Positions 48,166 through 61,812 of a DNA stretch of 64,000 nt are shown piece by piece. The notes under the pieces were generated by a model. The model saw only the letters and a program-made list of their open reading frames with translations. It was not told the DNA's origin and made no database searches. Where the stretch lies: assembly GCF_964204645.1 (NCBI RefSeq), contig NC_134030.1, positions 17,380,110 through 17,444,109 on the forward strand, given 5' to 3'. Position 1 is the first letter of the stretch. Each line of letters begins with the position of its first letter. The translations under genes and the position numbers were made by a program. The DNA comes from Tubulanus polymorphus (Eukaryota; Animalia; Nemertea).

Positions 48166-50372
48166 CTAGTCCTGATCCAATCCTTTCCATGTTATAATGA
48201 CACCATTATAGTTACATCAGTGTAGGGCCAACGAGAGCGAAAAAGTTGTGTTTGTAGTACATGGTAGCTCACTCAATACGTAAATGCTGTTGTTACCCCT
48301 ACATGAATGTACAGTAATTTTCACAAATTTGCCTTTATAAGTATGTTGACGCATGCGCAATGCAGTAGAATTCTGACTTGTAATATTGGAATTCGAAAAC
48401 AAATGAAAAAAAAATCCGACGGTCGTCCAGTGATTTACCCACTGAGCCACATTTATCAACTGCAGGGTTGATAAATCAATTTACAAATATCCTCACCTAA
48501 CCCTACCCTAGTTAGTTACCTAATTGTTGGTGGTAAGCTTTTTATAATCGGATGGGCTTATACCAACGTTAGGGATGACAAGGGCCAAAACACAGTTGAA
48601 AAAAGTAACACTTCAAAAATAGACTTTCTGTGAAGAAACAGAAAACCCTATTGATACTACAACCTCATTATCGTACATCAATTTACAACATCTGGATAGT
48701 ATTCATAAGTTACAATTTCTGACCATTACACCTATTATCCCATCTTGCATAATTTCTACCTAAACTAAGCAACACACCCCTCTCATTATTATTTCATATC
48801 ATTCATCGACGAGACTAACATGGATCCGATAGAATTTTACGGTAAGCAAAGCACCTTTTCTAAACACCTATAAAGTAACGCATTGCTAACTTTTTGCCAA
48901 GAGAATGTAATTCAGCTACCAATATTGTATAAACTCTATCTATCAGCAATACATAGCAATTATCAGGCATGCGCGTTTTGATCTTACCCCGTCATCGCAA
49001 GATAATCCATGCAATCAACAATCAAAAATTAAATATTTTCTGCTTAAGACATCGATTATTAAGTACCATTGCATCATTGACGATATCTCTAAATATGATT
49101 GTTGAGTACTTAAGTGTAATCGGACTAATTCCGAGGCATTGTACGAAAACTTACTGATACCTTGATTACAAATACTTATAATATAACATTAGAAACTCAT
49201 AAATGTCAGCAACATATGTATTTATCGAATCTATATTTTTATTATTATTATTTTTTTTCACATCAGCATCACTAGTATTACACATGTTGTATGGATTTAT
49301 ACAAGCGCGGCCCGGTAAGACCTCTTAATACATAATATGTACCTGCTTTTGAACAAGAAAAATTGTAACACTGCATTTCTGACATAACGTTAGTAACGCA
49401 GGTGATCGACAACAATTACTAATCCGGGCTGCCAACAGCGCCATATGCGCCGCAAACGCAGGTAATAGTCCACATTAATGATCTATTTAATTTGTGAACT
49501 CTCAGCAACTTGTTTTCATGGCGATAACTACATGTGATGAACATAACTCCACATCATTTTGTCTAAATTTTCGTTTATCTCCGTAGGAACCTTCACCCCC
49601 TGCCAACTGAACCCCTCATGTGGGCGGCCTACGGCGCGGCGGCGGCGAAGTGGCACGGGGAGCAGGCCGACAAGTGGCGGTGAACCGACTTCGCGTGCAC
49701 CCCTATACCCGTAACCCCAACCTGGCAACACATCCATCACCCTCTGGTCTGCCATTACAACCTTCACCTCTTGACCAGATGTCCCCCGACTCAAGCACCG
49801 CCTCCACACCTTTCGACCAAATCCCGATCCACGCACCCCATGTTGTTGGCCAGTTTCTTCCCTCCCCTGTCGCCAACGAATTCCAGCACCAGCGAGTCTG
49901 GTAAGAATTTATATTCAGATATACATATATTTTTATTCATGCAGTAAAAGAAACACGCCATTCAGCCCGAGAAATTACAATATGAACCATATGGGTGCAT
50001 AAAGAAACCTAATTTTCATTATTTCAGGACGAGAAGAATGAAGCCTCCCGAAACCGAGTTCAGTTAATATCAAAACCCTAGAATTGCCCTTTTGTATCAA
50101 TATGTAGTTAATACAACGAATAGTTAGATATAAAATCACAGACTTTCCTTTTTGTGTCATGTTCGAAATGAGTACTTTTGAAACACAGGGGCCGGTTTCA
50201 GAAAGCATAATTAACTTTATTTATAATTAGGACCTAAATCATGATTAAATTTCTTTAATCGTGATTACTTAATTACGATTAAAATTCGGTTTCACGAAAG
50301 GGTTTAATTACAAAATCAACCAATTACATAATTAGGCAACTTGATTATGCAATTAGTCATACTATATTCAAA

Positions 50373-51842
50373 ATGGCCGAAAATACTAAGGATCGTGATT
50401 TGCTCCCTAAAAAAGAAAAGCCAATTTAAACTCAACTGAAAAGAGTATGCTCGTGGAAGTGGTGAGGGAGAAATATGATATCCTATTCGGTCAATTGAGT
50501 AGTAATTTGACAGCAAAAAGAAAAAAATGAATGTTGGATAAATATCCAAAAGAAAATAAGTTCAATCGGAATTGAGTCAAAAACTGTAAGTGAACTGAAA
50601 ACTGTGGAACAATCTTCAGATGAAGGCCAAGAGAGCCAGAATTGACCAGAAACGACATACTTCCGTTACTAGAGGCGGACAACCACCATCTAATCTGGAT
50701 GAAACGAGCCAAATGATCGTCGATTTCATGCACGAAAAGCCAAATTTCAGTGATATAAGCGGTGGACTGGAAACTGGTGTATGTATAGACCTACTGAATG
50801 ATGCTCAGAATGATGATGCGTGTAAGTACGAAAATCTTTATTTGATTTTGAATGAATAATCTGATTCTTTATTGAAGGGATTCGTGGTTTAAGAAACCGT
50901 CGTCATGTATGATTTTGTCGTCTGGCAGCTTCTCCATGAGCTTTCAAGACGAATGAATCCATTTAGATAGCCTATAACCTAAATAGGGATGCAAGGCCAG
51001 TGTGGTCCACTGGCACTTGAAGGGGTGCCAAGTTGTCACTTGGTCTTAAACGATTTTGAACTGGGAAATTTCGCAAACTCACCTCGATCAGAAGTTTTAT
51101 GAACTATATCCGTACCGTAAGCGTTTGCCCGTCAAAGTTTTTTGAGTGTATTAATTAAACCCGTGTGTAATCACAATTAATTCTAACATTTAACTCATAG
51201 AGTTTTAAGCACTGCTCAATCTACCCTCCACGGTACCTTACTGTATTGTTACTAAAAATCTAGTAGCATGACTGTAAATGGGTTGAATTAGTCAATCAGT
51301 TTGTTACAACTTCAAATCACAGTGCAAAGTAGTTCTATGAAATGCTTATCATATGAATACAAATAATTGATTCAGTCATTTGAAATCGTATCCCCGGGAA
51401 TATAAAAAGGATTGGATTGAGAATGTAGTTTTATTGTTCCACTGAGATATATAAAAAATACAAATCCTTAGTCAAATATTCTTAATATCGACTATTTCTA
51501 TTTTCAGATTCAAGTCTCAATGAGGAACATTCGTTCAATGACGTGGCTGACATAATCAGTTGGCCTCCACCCAATGCTCCATCAGTCCCATCCTCATCAA
51601 CGGCTTCATCTTCATTGCGATCATCACCCAAAAGATCTGCAGGAGACGTAACGCGGGAGCAGTGTAGAAACCTTATAGAGGACAGGAAACCAATCAAGCT
51701 GTAATGTGAGCGGCTACAACTACAAGTTGAAAGTTTGAAGCTAGAAAAGCAAAATCGCATACTAGAGAATGCTAAACTTCAACTGGAAATAATCGCACTG
51801 CAGAAGTCAACAGGAGCAACGATAGAAGTTTCAGAAGAATAA
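50373..51842 (+). pseudogene. Harbinger Myb/SANT-like DNA-binding protein (exons ~50373-50777 and 51508-51842)
   Basis: RKAN..EK..LVEVV..KYDILFG....AKRKNECW..I......K.WNNL..KAK......TRGG; coiled-coil C-terminus; frameshifts present. Confidence 0.85.
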
Positions 51843-51978
51843 ACAGCCTCTTACGTTATCAATCTTTAATGAAAAAATTGTTGATATCAGAAAAGTGTAA
51901 TCATTTGTTTAAATGTGTCACATTATTAAAAAATGATTAGCTGTTTATACAAAATATATCATGTTGATTAGTGTGGTG

Positions 51979-53158
51979 TTAGAAATGCGTCTGTACAAAA
52001 TGATCTCTGAAAGCCCTTCCGGTATCTGGTCCATTGTAGATTTGGCCTACATCACCGGCGTCATCGGGATCTTCTCGTTCAGTGGCTACAACTAGTTCAT
52101 TCAACATGATTGCTATATTGTTGAGTATTGCACATGCAACAAACATCTTACACGCCTTAGCTGGTTCCTCTCCATGGAGGAGGTGAAATTGCCTTTTTGT
52201 TACCCCAAATACGCGTTCTATTGTGGATCGTGTGCGTTTGTGAGCTATATTGTATCTTGAAAAAGAAACCGAAAAAATGATAAATTAGATCGAAATACCG
52301 TTCTTTGTTTAAGAAACATATTGTCTACCGGTTTTCACATTGCTTACCTTTCTTGTTGTGCTCCAGCTGGGTTGAGGAAAGGTGTCAAGAGGTATGGTCG
52401 GCAGGCATAGCCACTATCACCTTAAAGTATACCATCTACCTCAATTCCTCTATGGTTTTCTTCGAGGTACCTAATACAAAAATCATTGTTGGTATATTTA
52501 TGCGATTCAATTAACACCGACTCCCTGCCTATATATACTTACTGTCCAATTTGCGAAGTTCACAATATGTGAGAATCATGGGTAGATCCTGGCCAGGCGG
52601 CAACAACATTTATAAACCTGCCTACAATTAGAATGGGCTTATTTAGATTTTCAAGGTTAGACTGATTCACTTAAAAATATTTTCTTATGAGGCCTATATA
52701 ATATGGTTAAATGAAAGGTTGATTTGAAAAAATAACATCGTACAATCGGAACAAATATGCAGCATAACTCACCTGCGCTGTCATTGATAGCTTGTACATT
52801 GATTGACGGGTAGCGTTTTCTGTTTATATAAACAGGTTCATCAATGGCAGGACGTTGAATTCGAGTATGGGTCCCGTCAACAGCCCTAATGACACCATGA
52901 AACCCAGCAATTTCATGGAATTTCTCTTTGTTTACTGCTATTTCTTCAGCGGAAGAAGGCCCTCGTATTAATGCATTTCTCCGCTGGCAGAGGGCATCTG
53001 TCACACCAGTTATTGAACGGAAAACTGTGGCTTTGGACACGCCAAAGGATTCCCCGATCTCTTTCATGAAAGCTCCAGTGGCATAATACCTAAGGGCTAT
53101 CAGTAGTTGAACTTTTGAATCGATCGCGTGTGATCGCCTTGTTTGCCTTTCCAAATCG
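51979..53158 (-). pseudogene. HARBI1-like DDE transposase, 4 visible exons (53158-52773, 52621-52543, 52470-52348, 52255-51979)
   Basis: LRYYATG, AVDGTH, YINRK..SINVQ, WPGSTHDS, GDSGY, LLTPF, YN.AH..TR..IERVFG; GT-AG introns. Confidence 0.93.
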
Positions 53159-54439
53159 TTTTTAGCCCACTTGTGACTTTAGTCCCAGCGGGCTATTGCG
53201 TTCACTTTTCGTCCGTCGTCCGTTCGTTCGTCCGTTAGTCCGTCCGTAGACGGAATCCAGTTATTTTGGGAAGTTTTGAAGACGCTTCAAGATAATGTCT
53301 TGATATTTGGGTTACACATGTATCTACCCTAGACACATCTTCATCCCAAAAACTGGCCCTGTCAGATTCAAGATGGCCGACTGGCAGCCATTGTTGTTCG
53401 CCAAAATCAGCACTTTTTACACATTTTTGAACTTTTTGAGGGAAATTTTGAAGACGCTTTGATCAATTACCTTGATCTTTCGGATATATGTGAATTCCCC
53501 CAGGGCCCATCAGCATAACAAAAATTGGGTCGGTCGGACTCAAGATGGCCGTCCTATGACCTTTTTAGTGCCCAAAAATGTTAATTTTGGCCCAAATTCT
53601 GAGTCCTGTAGCTTCCTACTGGTTTATCATTTCTCATTGCAATTTGTGATGGGTATTCTTTGGAAAGGGATGTTTTATACCTGAGACAGGTATTTTTCAT
53701 CAGCCAATTATGACGCAATTGGCGGCCATCTTGGTGTCAGCAGTACTCATTCGTAAGTGGGAAAAATTGTTTCCACATTATATTGATACCTAAGCGTATT
53801 TTGTTAACACAATCAATAGAAAGTTGTAGCTCATAACGTGTTCTATGATTGTGGTGAGTTTCAAGGTTATTGGTTTTTGTATATGGCCACCAGGGGGCGT
53901 TGAATAATGCAATTTCTTAGTATTTCTATATTATAATCGTATCCATGCATATTTTGTAACCACAATCAATTGCAAAGTTGTAGCTCATGACATCATCTAT
54001 GATTGTTGTGAGTTTTAAGGACATTAGTTATTCTATATGGTCACCAGGGGGCGTTGAATAGTAGAATAACTTAGTATTTCCTTATTATATTGGTACCTAG
54101 GCATATTTTGTTACCATGATCAATTACAAAGTTATAGTTCGTGACATTTTCTATGATTGTGGTGAGTTTCAAGGTCATTGGGTTTTGAAAATGGGCACCA
54201 GGGGAATTGAATAGTAGAATAACTTAGTATTTTCATATTAAAGTGGTAACGAGGCATATTTTGTTATCACAATCAATTACAAAATCGTAGCTGCTGACAT
54301 GTTCTATGATTGTGGTGAGTTTCAAGGTCATTGGATTCTGTATATGGTCACCAGGGGGCGTTGAATATTGAAATTGTTAGATTGTTGAGCATTTGGAACC
54401 ACTTCCCAAGTGGGCATGGTGTCCCTGGACCCCTAGTTT
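53159..54439 (-). mobile_element. HINE-like element copy 2 (four ~154-bp units)
   Basis: Reverse complement of 31632-32890. Confidence 0.9.
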
Positions 54440-55265
54440 ACTGTACTAGCCTATTAGCCTATTACTCCGGTCTAAGATTCCCTGGGTGGACAGGTTGCCA
54501 ATATAGCCAATATCTAGAAAATCGGATGTTTAGTAATGATAGAGCGAACCTGCCAGCGAAAAACAACGCATCTGATGTGATTGGCTTAATACATGGACTG
54601 GTGGCTGCTCAGCGGCAAACTGTCCACTAAAGAAATCTTGGCAAGTGTAATAATAGACTAATGAAGGGTCTGCGGCCAGGCTTTTTTAGGCGTGAGCTTC
54701 AGCAGGAGGCAATAAAACCCGGGCAAGCGAGGATGTTCTAAGATAATTCAAATTTAAATGAAAAATACCTGTATTGCTCCATAATGACTTAAACCTTGTT
54801 GAACCATAAAAAATGAAATATATATGAAAAATATTAGTAAACACTAGACATGTGATTAATGACATTGAATCAAACATGAATTTACAGAGCAAAACAGCTC
54901 TAACTCTAATTATCTAGGATACAGTTTGAGCCAAGAATCAAGTATTTGGAAGTAATTTGACATGATAATTGAATTTCTGATACCCTATTTAGAATTACAA
55001 AGTATTTCCTGTCATCCTATCATTTGCGCAGTATCACAAATTAAGCCTGTGTGTTCTTCGACGGATTCAATATGGTGTCTCTATGGGCAACAGTCCCCGC
55101 CAAAAAGATGATGTTTTGTTTCACGTAGCGAAAAATACAATTCCATGCCTCAAAGACATTTTCGTACCAAGGATCGTGCGCCAAATTGTCAGTAGATGAC
55201 ACCAGGTATATCTAAATTATATCATTCACTGGTTAGCCAGAAATACAATTCTTTATGCGTTATCA

Positions 55266-56285
55266 TTTTAGCTGTCTCGCCCGTAGATTTTGAAGGAGTT
55301 TAAGCCGTCCGTTCGTTCGTCCATCGGTAGATAGAATCCAGTTATTTTGGGAAGTTTTAAAGACGCTTCAATGTAATGTCCTGATATTTGGGTTACACAT
55401 GTATCTACCCTACACACATCTTCAGCCCAAAACTGGCCCTGTCAGTATCATGATGGCCGACTGGCAGCCATTGTTGTTCACCAAAATCAGCACTTTTACA
55501 CATTTTGAAGTTTTTGAGGGAAATTTTGAAGATGCTTTGATCAATTACCTTAAACTTTCATATATATTTGATTCCCCCGAGGGCCCATCAGCATAAGCGA
55601 TCGGACTCAAGATGGCCGTCCTATGACCTTTTTTTGTACCAATAAATGACAATTTTGGCCGAATTCTGAGTCTTGTAGCTTCCTAATGGTTTGCTATTTT
55701 TCATTGCAATTAATGGTGGCTGTTCGTTGGAAATGGATCTTTAATACCTGAGATAGGTATTTTTGATCAACCAATTATCACGCAATTGGTGACCATCTTG
55801 GTGTCAGTAATCAGTACTCATTCTTAGGTAGAAAAAAGTTTTTCCACATTATATTGATACCTAAGCGTATTTTGTCACCACAACCAATTGAAAAGTTGTA
55901 GCTCATACAATTTCGTATGATTGTGGCGAGGTTCAAGGTCGTTGGTTTTTGTACATGGCCACTAGGGGGCATTGTATAGTAGAATAACTTAGTATTTCCT
56001 TATTATATTGTAACCTAGGCATATTTTGTTACCATGATCAATTGCACAGTATCTCATGACATGTTCTATGATTGTGGTGAGTTTCAAGGTCATTGGGTTT
56101 TGCATATGGTCACCAGGGGGCGTCGAATAGTAGAATAACTGCAGTATCTCCATATTATATTGGTATCTAGGCATATTCCGTTTTTGTTGTCACAATCAAT
56201 AACATAATTGTAGCTGCTGACATGTTCTATTGTTGTGGTGAGTAACAAGGTAATTTGTTTTTGTATCTGGTCACCAGGGGGCGTT
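55266..56285 (-). mobile_element. HINE-like element copy 3, variant end and truncated
   Basis: Homologous to 53240-54365. Confidence 0.85.
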
Positions 56286-56447
56286 TATATCTTCGCATGA
56301 CTTCATGGCGCAGATTTGTCTCTATCACAGCTTTATCACTACGCGTAACTAAACACAGTCTTTTTGGCTGGGATTGTCACCCATACTCTCCATATGATTG
56401 TGCGACAAAACAATGTTCAGCCAATGTTCTACGATTGTACATCCTCA

Positions 56448-56536
56448 GGCAGGGATTCCAACCTTATGGCATCAAGACTCGCCATGGTACGAAACCCTGC
56501 CACACTAGACCGAATACGCAGCCACATGCGCAGCTT
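56448..56536 (-). repeat. tRNA-derived SINE head, copy a
   Basis: B-box-like AGGTTGGAATCCCTGCC on the minus strand; homologous to 56649-56740. Confidence 0.55.
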
Positions 56537-56648
56537 AGAAGATGGCATTATTAGCCATGAAGTTACGAATCCATTCATAGTACTTCCGTGAAATCTACCT
56601 CAGCGATTATCTAATGAGCAGATTGGTGCCGCTAGTTTTCGTGCGGCA

Positions 56649-56740
56649 AAGCTGCGCTTGTACCTGTGCATCCAGTCTACAGTGGCAGGGGTTCATGTTG
56701 TGGCTGAGTGTAGCGATGCCATCAGGTTCGCATCCCTGCC
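56649..56740 (+). repeat. tRNA-derived SINE head, copy b
   Basis: B-box-like AGGTTCGCATCCCTGCC; inverted homolog of 56448-56536. Confidence 0.55.
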
Positions 56741-56953
56741 GAGGGTGGATGATGGTAGTAAGAATGCAGTTACAGCTAAGAAAACCCGTCATTGCTGCTT
56801 TGCTGCTATATTTCTTTTTTTCCCTTTTCCACACTTTTTTCGTCGAAAGTACATAGGCCTTATTACCTTACTGCTGTTTCCGATACAATCCGTATAATAT
56901 CATTTAGCTCACATCGATCTACAAATACTCCGTCGGTATTTTGATGATTCGAC

Positions 56954-57460
56954 GTTCAAGTTCAAGTTCAAATTTATTTCACAGAAAGCATGACAGGTTA
57001 TGTACACAGGTTGAGAGAAAACAAACAATAAAATCTACAATTTTTTTTTAACAAAGCACAATTATAAAAAGAGAGAGAGAACAGTAGCTTTCAGTGTGGG
57101 CCAAACAAAGCCTTTAGGCCGCTGTCGCAAGCACCCAGGGAAAAAAACGAAAGGGAAATGAAGAAATAAAGGGGAAGGAAATGAAAGTTGATGATTTTTG
57201 ATAATTTCAGGAGAGTTTATAAGTGAGCAATTATAACAATTAGGGTTATTACATTGATGGATATCACTGTAGGCGGAGGTGAGATATGGTCTGAGTTGAC
57301 GTTTTAAATTTTGTTTGCTTGTTTGTAGGATGTCATTGGAAAAAGGTAGTTTTTGCCAGATGTTTGAAAGAATGTTTTGAGGTGAATTTTGATGCGGGGT
57401 TGGCGGTGTTTGTTTTGAAAATAAAGAATATGCGTGGTCTAAATATATGCTTTTTCTGAT
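56954..57460 (-). mobile_element. 3' fragment of a CR1/L2-group LINE
   Basis: ORF2-end-like IWQKLP...Y....C...NCYNC; tail AATAAATTTGAAC(TTGAAC)n. Confidence 0.65.
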
Positions 57461-58018
57461 GTTGACTAAAGGAGATAAGTTTTCCGCGGTGAAGCACTGT
57501 CGCGTTATAAAAGCACTGTCGGGCCGTAAACATCGAAAATTGGGCCCCATTTAATGAGGCGACATTTTTTTTCTGAGTCGTCATCCCGAAATCAACCGGA
57601 GGCTGCTCGTCATTTCGATTATCAATTCGAGTATAAATAAACAAAACAAACTTATTACCGCAAGACTTCACTTTCAGCCGCGGTCTTCAAACAGTTATTT
57701 TAACAATTACCCATTTTCATCATCGGTACACTTAACTGATCCACAGGATATTAACTACTCTTGATAGTAAAAGCACTGTCCAGCTGTAAAGATTGATGAA
57801 TCAACGTGTGTCTTTACATCGTCGTTCCGCGGATCCGCTGCGAGTTTCTCCTCACCGTGAGAATCAGATAAAGTACAAATAAATTTATTACCCCCATCGA
57901 TTTTGCCGGGGCGGCAAACAGTTAGTTTAACAATATTATATTTCCTTTTACCAAATGTACCGGACATTTACTACGATAATTCATTAAAGTACCGGCGAGT
58001 TGTAGGCCTTAACTAAAC

Positions 58019-58967
58019 GGGTCTGTCTAAAGAACATACCTCAAACGCCCTTTGGTTTTTTCGTTCCGATTCTGATTTTAGTGTTTTAGATGCAACCTGA
58101 ATGATTCATTTCAGGACCTCACCCAGTCCCGAGCTTGGCGCTCCATATACTCGCGTGTGTCCGATAGCAATATACCGCTGACACTCAGGCAATCAGCGCA
58201 TTCGTTATCGACAAAACAATGGAACATATTTATTATAAATATTTATTTTAAAAAAGCATCACCATCATTTAGGGTATGCTGCACATGTTAGGCTCTATTG
58301 ATGGAAGTGCTTTTCTCTGCTGTGATGTATCTTAACCACTTATAAGCTTCATTAACCACTTCAAATAAAGATACATTCCAAAACATGTACAAGGTATGGA
58401 ATGATCAACCGTCTAAATCTGTTTGGGAATAAAATAAGTGACTGAAATTTAATGAAATTAGTTCACATTGCTGGTTTTTTACAGTAAAATTTCAATTTGA
58501 AATTTTAAGACTTTCAAAGTAGATAATCTATTATTACAATTATATCCCTCTCCCACACCTGACGATGATCTCTAGGGTGAGATCGAAACGTCGTGTATTT
58601 GATATATTAGATTGAATAAATTCTAGATTTTAAAATTCATTTAATTGCTACACAGGTGGGTTTTTATCTTACCCCTCTCCTCTGTTGCAGAATTGAAATT
58701 TTATCGAAACTTATGGAATGATATTATGATATAGCAGTGGTTTAAATGGAGGGGATGGTAGTGCTTCCCAGTAAGTTGATAGTTTGGCCAAGGCCCGCTA
58801 TCCATATATCCTGGCTTAAAATAATTTAGTTGTCAATTGTACATTTTGGGGTTCGAACCAACTTTAAGGTTATCTTCAATATCAGCTAAAACCCAGACTG
58901 GATTCTTAATCTCACCCGAAACGAAAAAACCAAATGTCAGTTAGAGGTATACTCTTTAGACGGACCC
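58019..58967. mobile_element. Mutator-like MITE
   Basis: ~50-bp TIRs GGGTC(T/C)GTCTAAAGA..ATACCTC; 9-bp flanks TAACTAAAC / AAACTAAAC (8/9 match). Confidence 0.8.
58555..58596 (+). ncRNA. Minimal type I hammerhead ribozyme (Penelope-like)
   Basis: ACAC-CTGACGA-T-GATCTC-tagggt-GAGATC-GAAAC-GTC-GTGT: catalytic boxes with stems I and II. Confidence 0.8.
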
Positions 58968-59212
58968 AAACTAAACTAAACACGCCGAACCGATGCAGAC
59001 GGAGAAATGCTGTTGCGGTGACGAGGTATCAAAATAAATGAATTTATTACTACCAGTAATTCGGCCGCGGGATTCAACCATTTATCAATATTCTTATTTT
59101 TCTTACTTACAGTACATAACGATCCTACCAAATCCTCAGGATATTGATAACATACCTGTATTTAACACATTCTTATCCCTGAGCTGGGACTCACGCTATT
59201 CGTAGAAAGTGT

Positions 59213-60267
59213 TGGTACGCCGGTCACAATCCTCCCCTTAGTCGTTGATTGATAAAAGCGATGATCGGTCCCTGGCGAGAGAATGTGTCCGTGCACAAAC
59301 CCAAGTAAAAACTAGAATGCCGGAAATTTGAATGAATATAATAATAGTAAAACGAATTTTATTTACCTTGATAAGTAATCTAAGCTTTCCAGTTAAAACA
59401 CAATCCATCCTAGCTCTTCAAATGATTTCTAGCCTACACTCCTGTTGATAACTGTCTTCCCGAACAAAACTCTCTAAACGAGGTCTTGAATATAACCTCC
59501 GAATCGATCTCTCTTCTCTCAAGACTCCGCACCCCTTTTATAGAAAGAATCGGCATTCTTGAAATACCGACTCTCCCACTCGACTTTTGACAAGGTGAAA
59601 CAACCTAACTGTCATGACTGTTTTGGTCATGTAGAATTTAGCCTTAATGATTCGCTGATCTAAAATTATTTTCAAAACTGATTTGCCGATCTAACTTTTT
59701 CCTACCAACCCTCCAGTCATGACGCGGAATGATTTACTCACTCCTTGCTTATTAACGTTGAGAGAACAGCTATTCTTTGCGAATAATCAACAGACGTATA
59801 CAACAAGAGAAACTGTAGGGAGCTAGTATTAACATTTAACACAAATTAAGTTTCCCAAAACTTTAGCGATTATTAACATTTTGTTCTTAAATAACATCCA
59901 GATTACTCAAATCAGATATATTTTCAAAACTTTGTTTTCATCACAAGGTACGGTACGGTACAGTGAGATCCCTTCACGAGCAACATTATTGATACACTTC
60001 ATTGTTCCGACCCAACCAAATATGGTTACGTCTTTTCTTAAGTTTTATAAAAAGATTCTGAATGTTTGCCAGATATCGCAGCAGAAGAACCGAGAAAGAA
60101 TTACTTTTACACCAGGCTGATTTATGGTCAGCGCCGATAGATTAAAACATCAAACAACAACCTGCTTACTACATCGTTTGTTGTCTGACACCCATTAACC
60201 ACCAACGCATACAGGAAATCAACATTACAAACATTTTTTAGCTACTACGAAATCTTGCTGCGGATCA
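59213..60267 (-). mobile_element. Family A solo LTR, internally deleted
   Basis: Reverse complement of the LTR from TGATCCGCAGCAAG to ...GACCGGCGTACCA; flanks do not form a TSD. Confidence 0.92.
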
Positions 60268-61229
60268 GGCTTTTCGATGCCACGGGTAATAGGAGATCGT
60301 GTCTAGGCCGATTTAAGTGTTAATTGAATTGTTCGCGACCTCTAGGCCTACACTGTTTCAAACAAGCTGTGAATATTTACGGACACATGGGTTGAACTTA
60401 TGCTATAAAAAATCCGGCAACGAATAAGATTTGTTTTTAGAGACCTACCCCTGTTAAATAAGTTTTAGGAATACGATGTTTAGGAGGGTTGAATAGCAAA
60501 AGGCCTAAGCGCCTTCTGTCAGGCCTACGCGCATACGTAGGCCTACATATGAAGATTTTGTTTTCTAAGCTCTGTTAACAATCGTCTGAGCAGGCAGCTT
60601 TATAACCAGAGTTTTTTCATCATTAATGAAATTGGTATTTTATTAATTGCTGATGACTTAAGTTCCTACGGAGCCCAAGATGAAAAGATCCTTCCTTCTT
60701 TTAAACATCTTTTCGTTCGAACAATTGCTTTTGTCAGATCAAGATGGTTTTTTTTTTCGTTCGAACCAATAACATTTTCTTCGAGTGAACCAATTCGAAA
60801 AAATCGTAAGTTGTTTTTGTATGAACAAAGGTTTTTTGTTTGAACAATTGTTCGATCGAACAGAATTGTTTTCATTCAAACATTCGCTCGAACGAAATTA
60901 TTTTCGCTCATCAAATTTTTTTAAATAAGAACGAAGAAAAGTATACATTCGAAAAAAGCGTATTGTTCAGTCAAACAGAATTGTTTTCATTCAAACAAGA
61001 TTTTCTTCGCAACGTTAAGTGTTTCGTTGATGGAAGCATTTTTCGTTCCTAAGAGCAAAATTTTGGTGGAACTAAATAGTCTTTTCGTTATAATGAGTAA
61101 TCTTTATTCAAACAAAATAATCTTCTCATTCAACACAAAGGTAATATCTGAAGCTGGGTTTCTTGACCATTAACAGAATACAGCTTGTTTAGGTCATTTT
61201 GGAAATATACTTTGTCCGGTACATTTTGG

Positions 61230-61465
61230 ATTACTCTGTATATCATCTATCAAGACAGTGAAGAGAAAACGACTTAGGATACTACCTTGCGTGACTCCAC
61301 TAGTTTGACCGATTTATTCCTAGATGTGACAGTTCCGTTGAATTCGGCCACCTGTTTTCGTTTGAGAAATCTGCTGAGCCATTTAAGCGACATCATTGAT
61401 ACCGTTCCCGAATAGCTTGTTTAGTAACCGCCATTGTTTAACCTTATCCAACGGTTTTCAAAACT
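61230..61465 (-). pseudogene. Non-LTR (CR1/L2-like) reverse transcriptase fragment
   Basis: DKV...LLNKLFGNGI...KWLSRFL...SGVTQGSILSRFLFTVLIDDI. Confidence 0.8.
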
Positions 61466-61590
61466 TTTTCAGTGTTGCCTTCATACAACCGGGCATTTTA
61501 TAGGTTCATCATATTCACTTCAGCTACAGTCACCCCATCTGACAAAAACATATAAAAAGCAGTATAGATGCATTTTAAAGTTTTCATTTA

Positions 61591-61812
61591 AGGCTAAACA
61601 AAAATGATACCATGTTTCTCCGCAGTGGCCGGGTCATTTTTGTAAAATATGATAAAATTTATAAACAGTTCATTTCTATAGCGGCCGGGTCTGTTATGGT
61701 TAAATTGATCACGATTTAAAAAAAAGTAATGTATAGGGTAGATAGGCGGCCGGCCGGGTCAACATTTAAGTTCAGCAGAGCGGAGAAACAAGGTATCAAT
61801 TTTTTTTGACCT
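61591..61812. mobile_element. Small MITE
   Basis: TIRs AGG..AAA.AAAA(T)TGATACC.TGTTTCTCCGC; internal GGCCGGGTC repeats. Confidence 0.7.

Larger units (their letters stand above)
50189..53158. mobile_element. PIF/Harbinger DNA transposon, right part lost at a HINE insertion
   Basis: Left end CAG|GGGCCGGTTTCA; convergent Myb/SANT and DDE transposase genes. Confidence 0.9.

Noticed and set aside
60660-61060. TTCGAAC-rich degenerate repeat as another B-box array
   Set aside because: No GC stems; looks like a decayed short-period repeat
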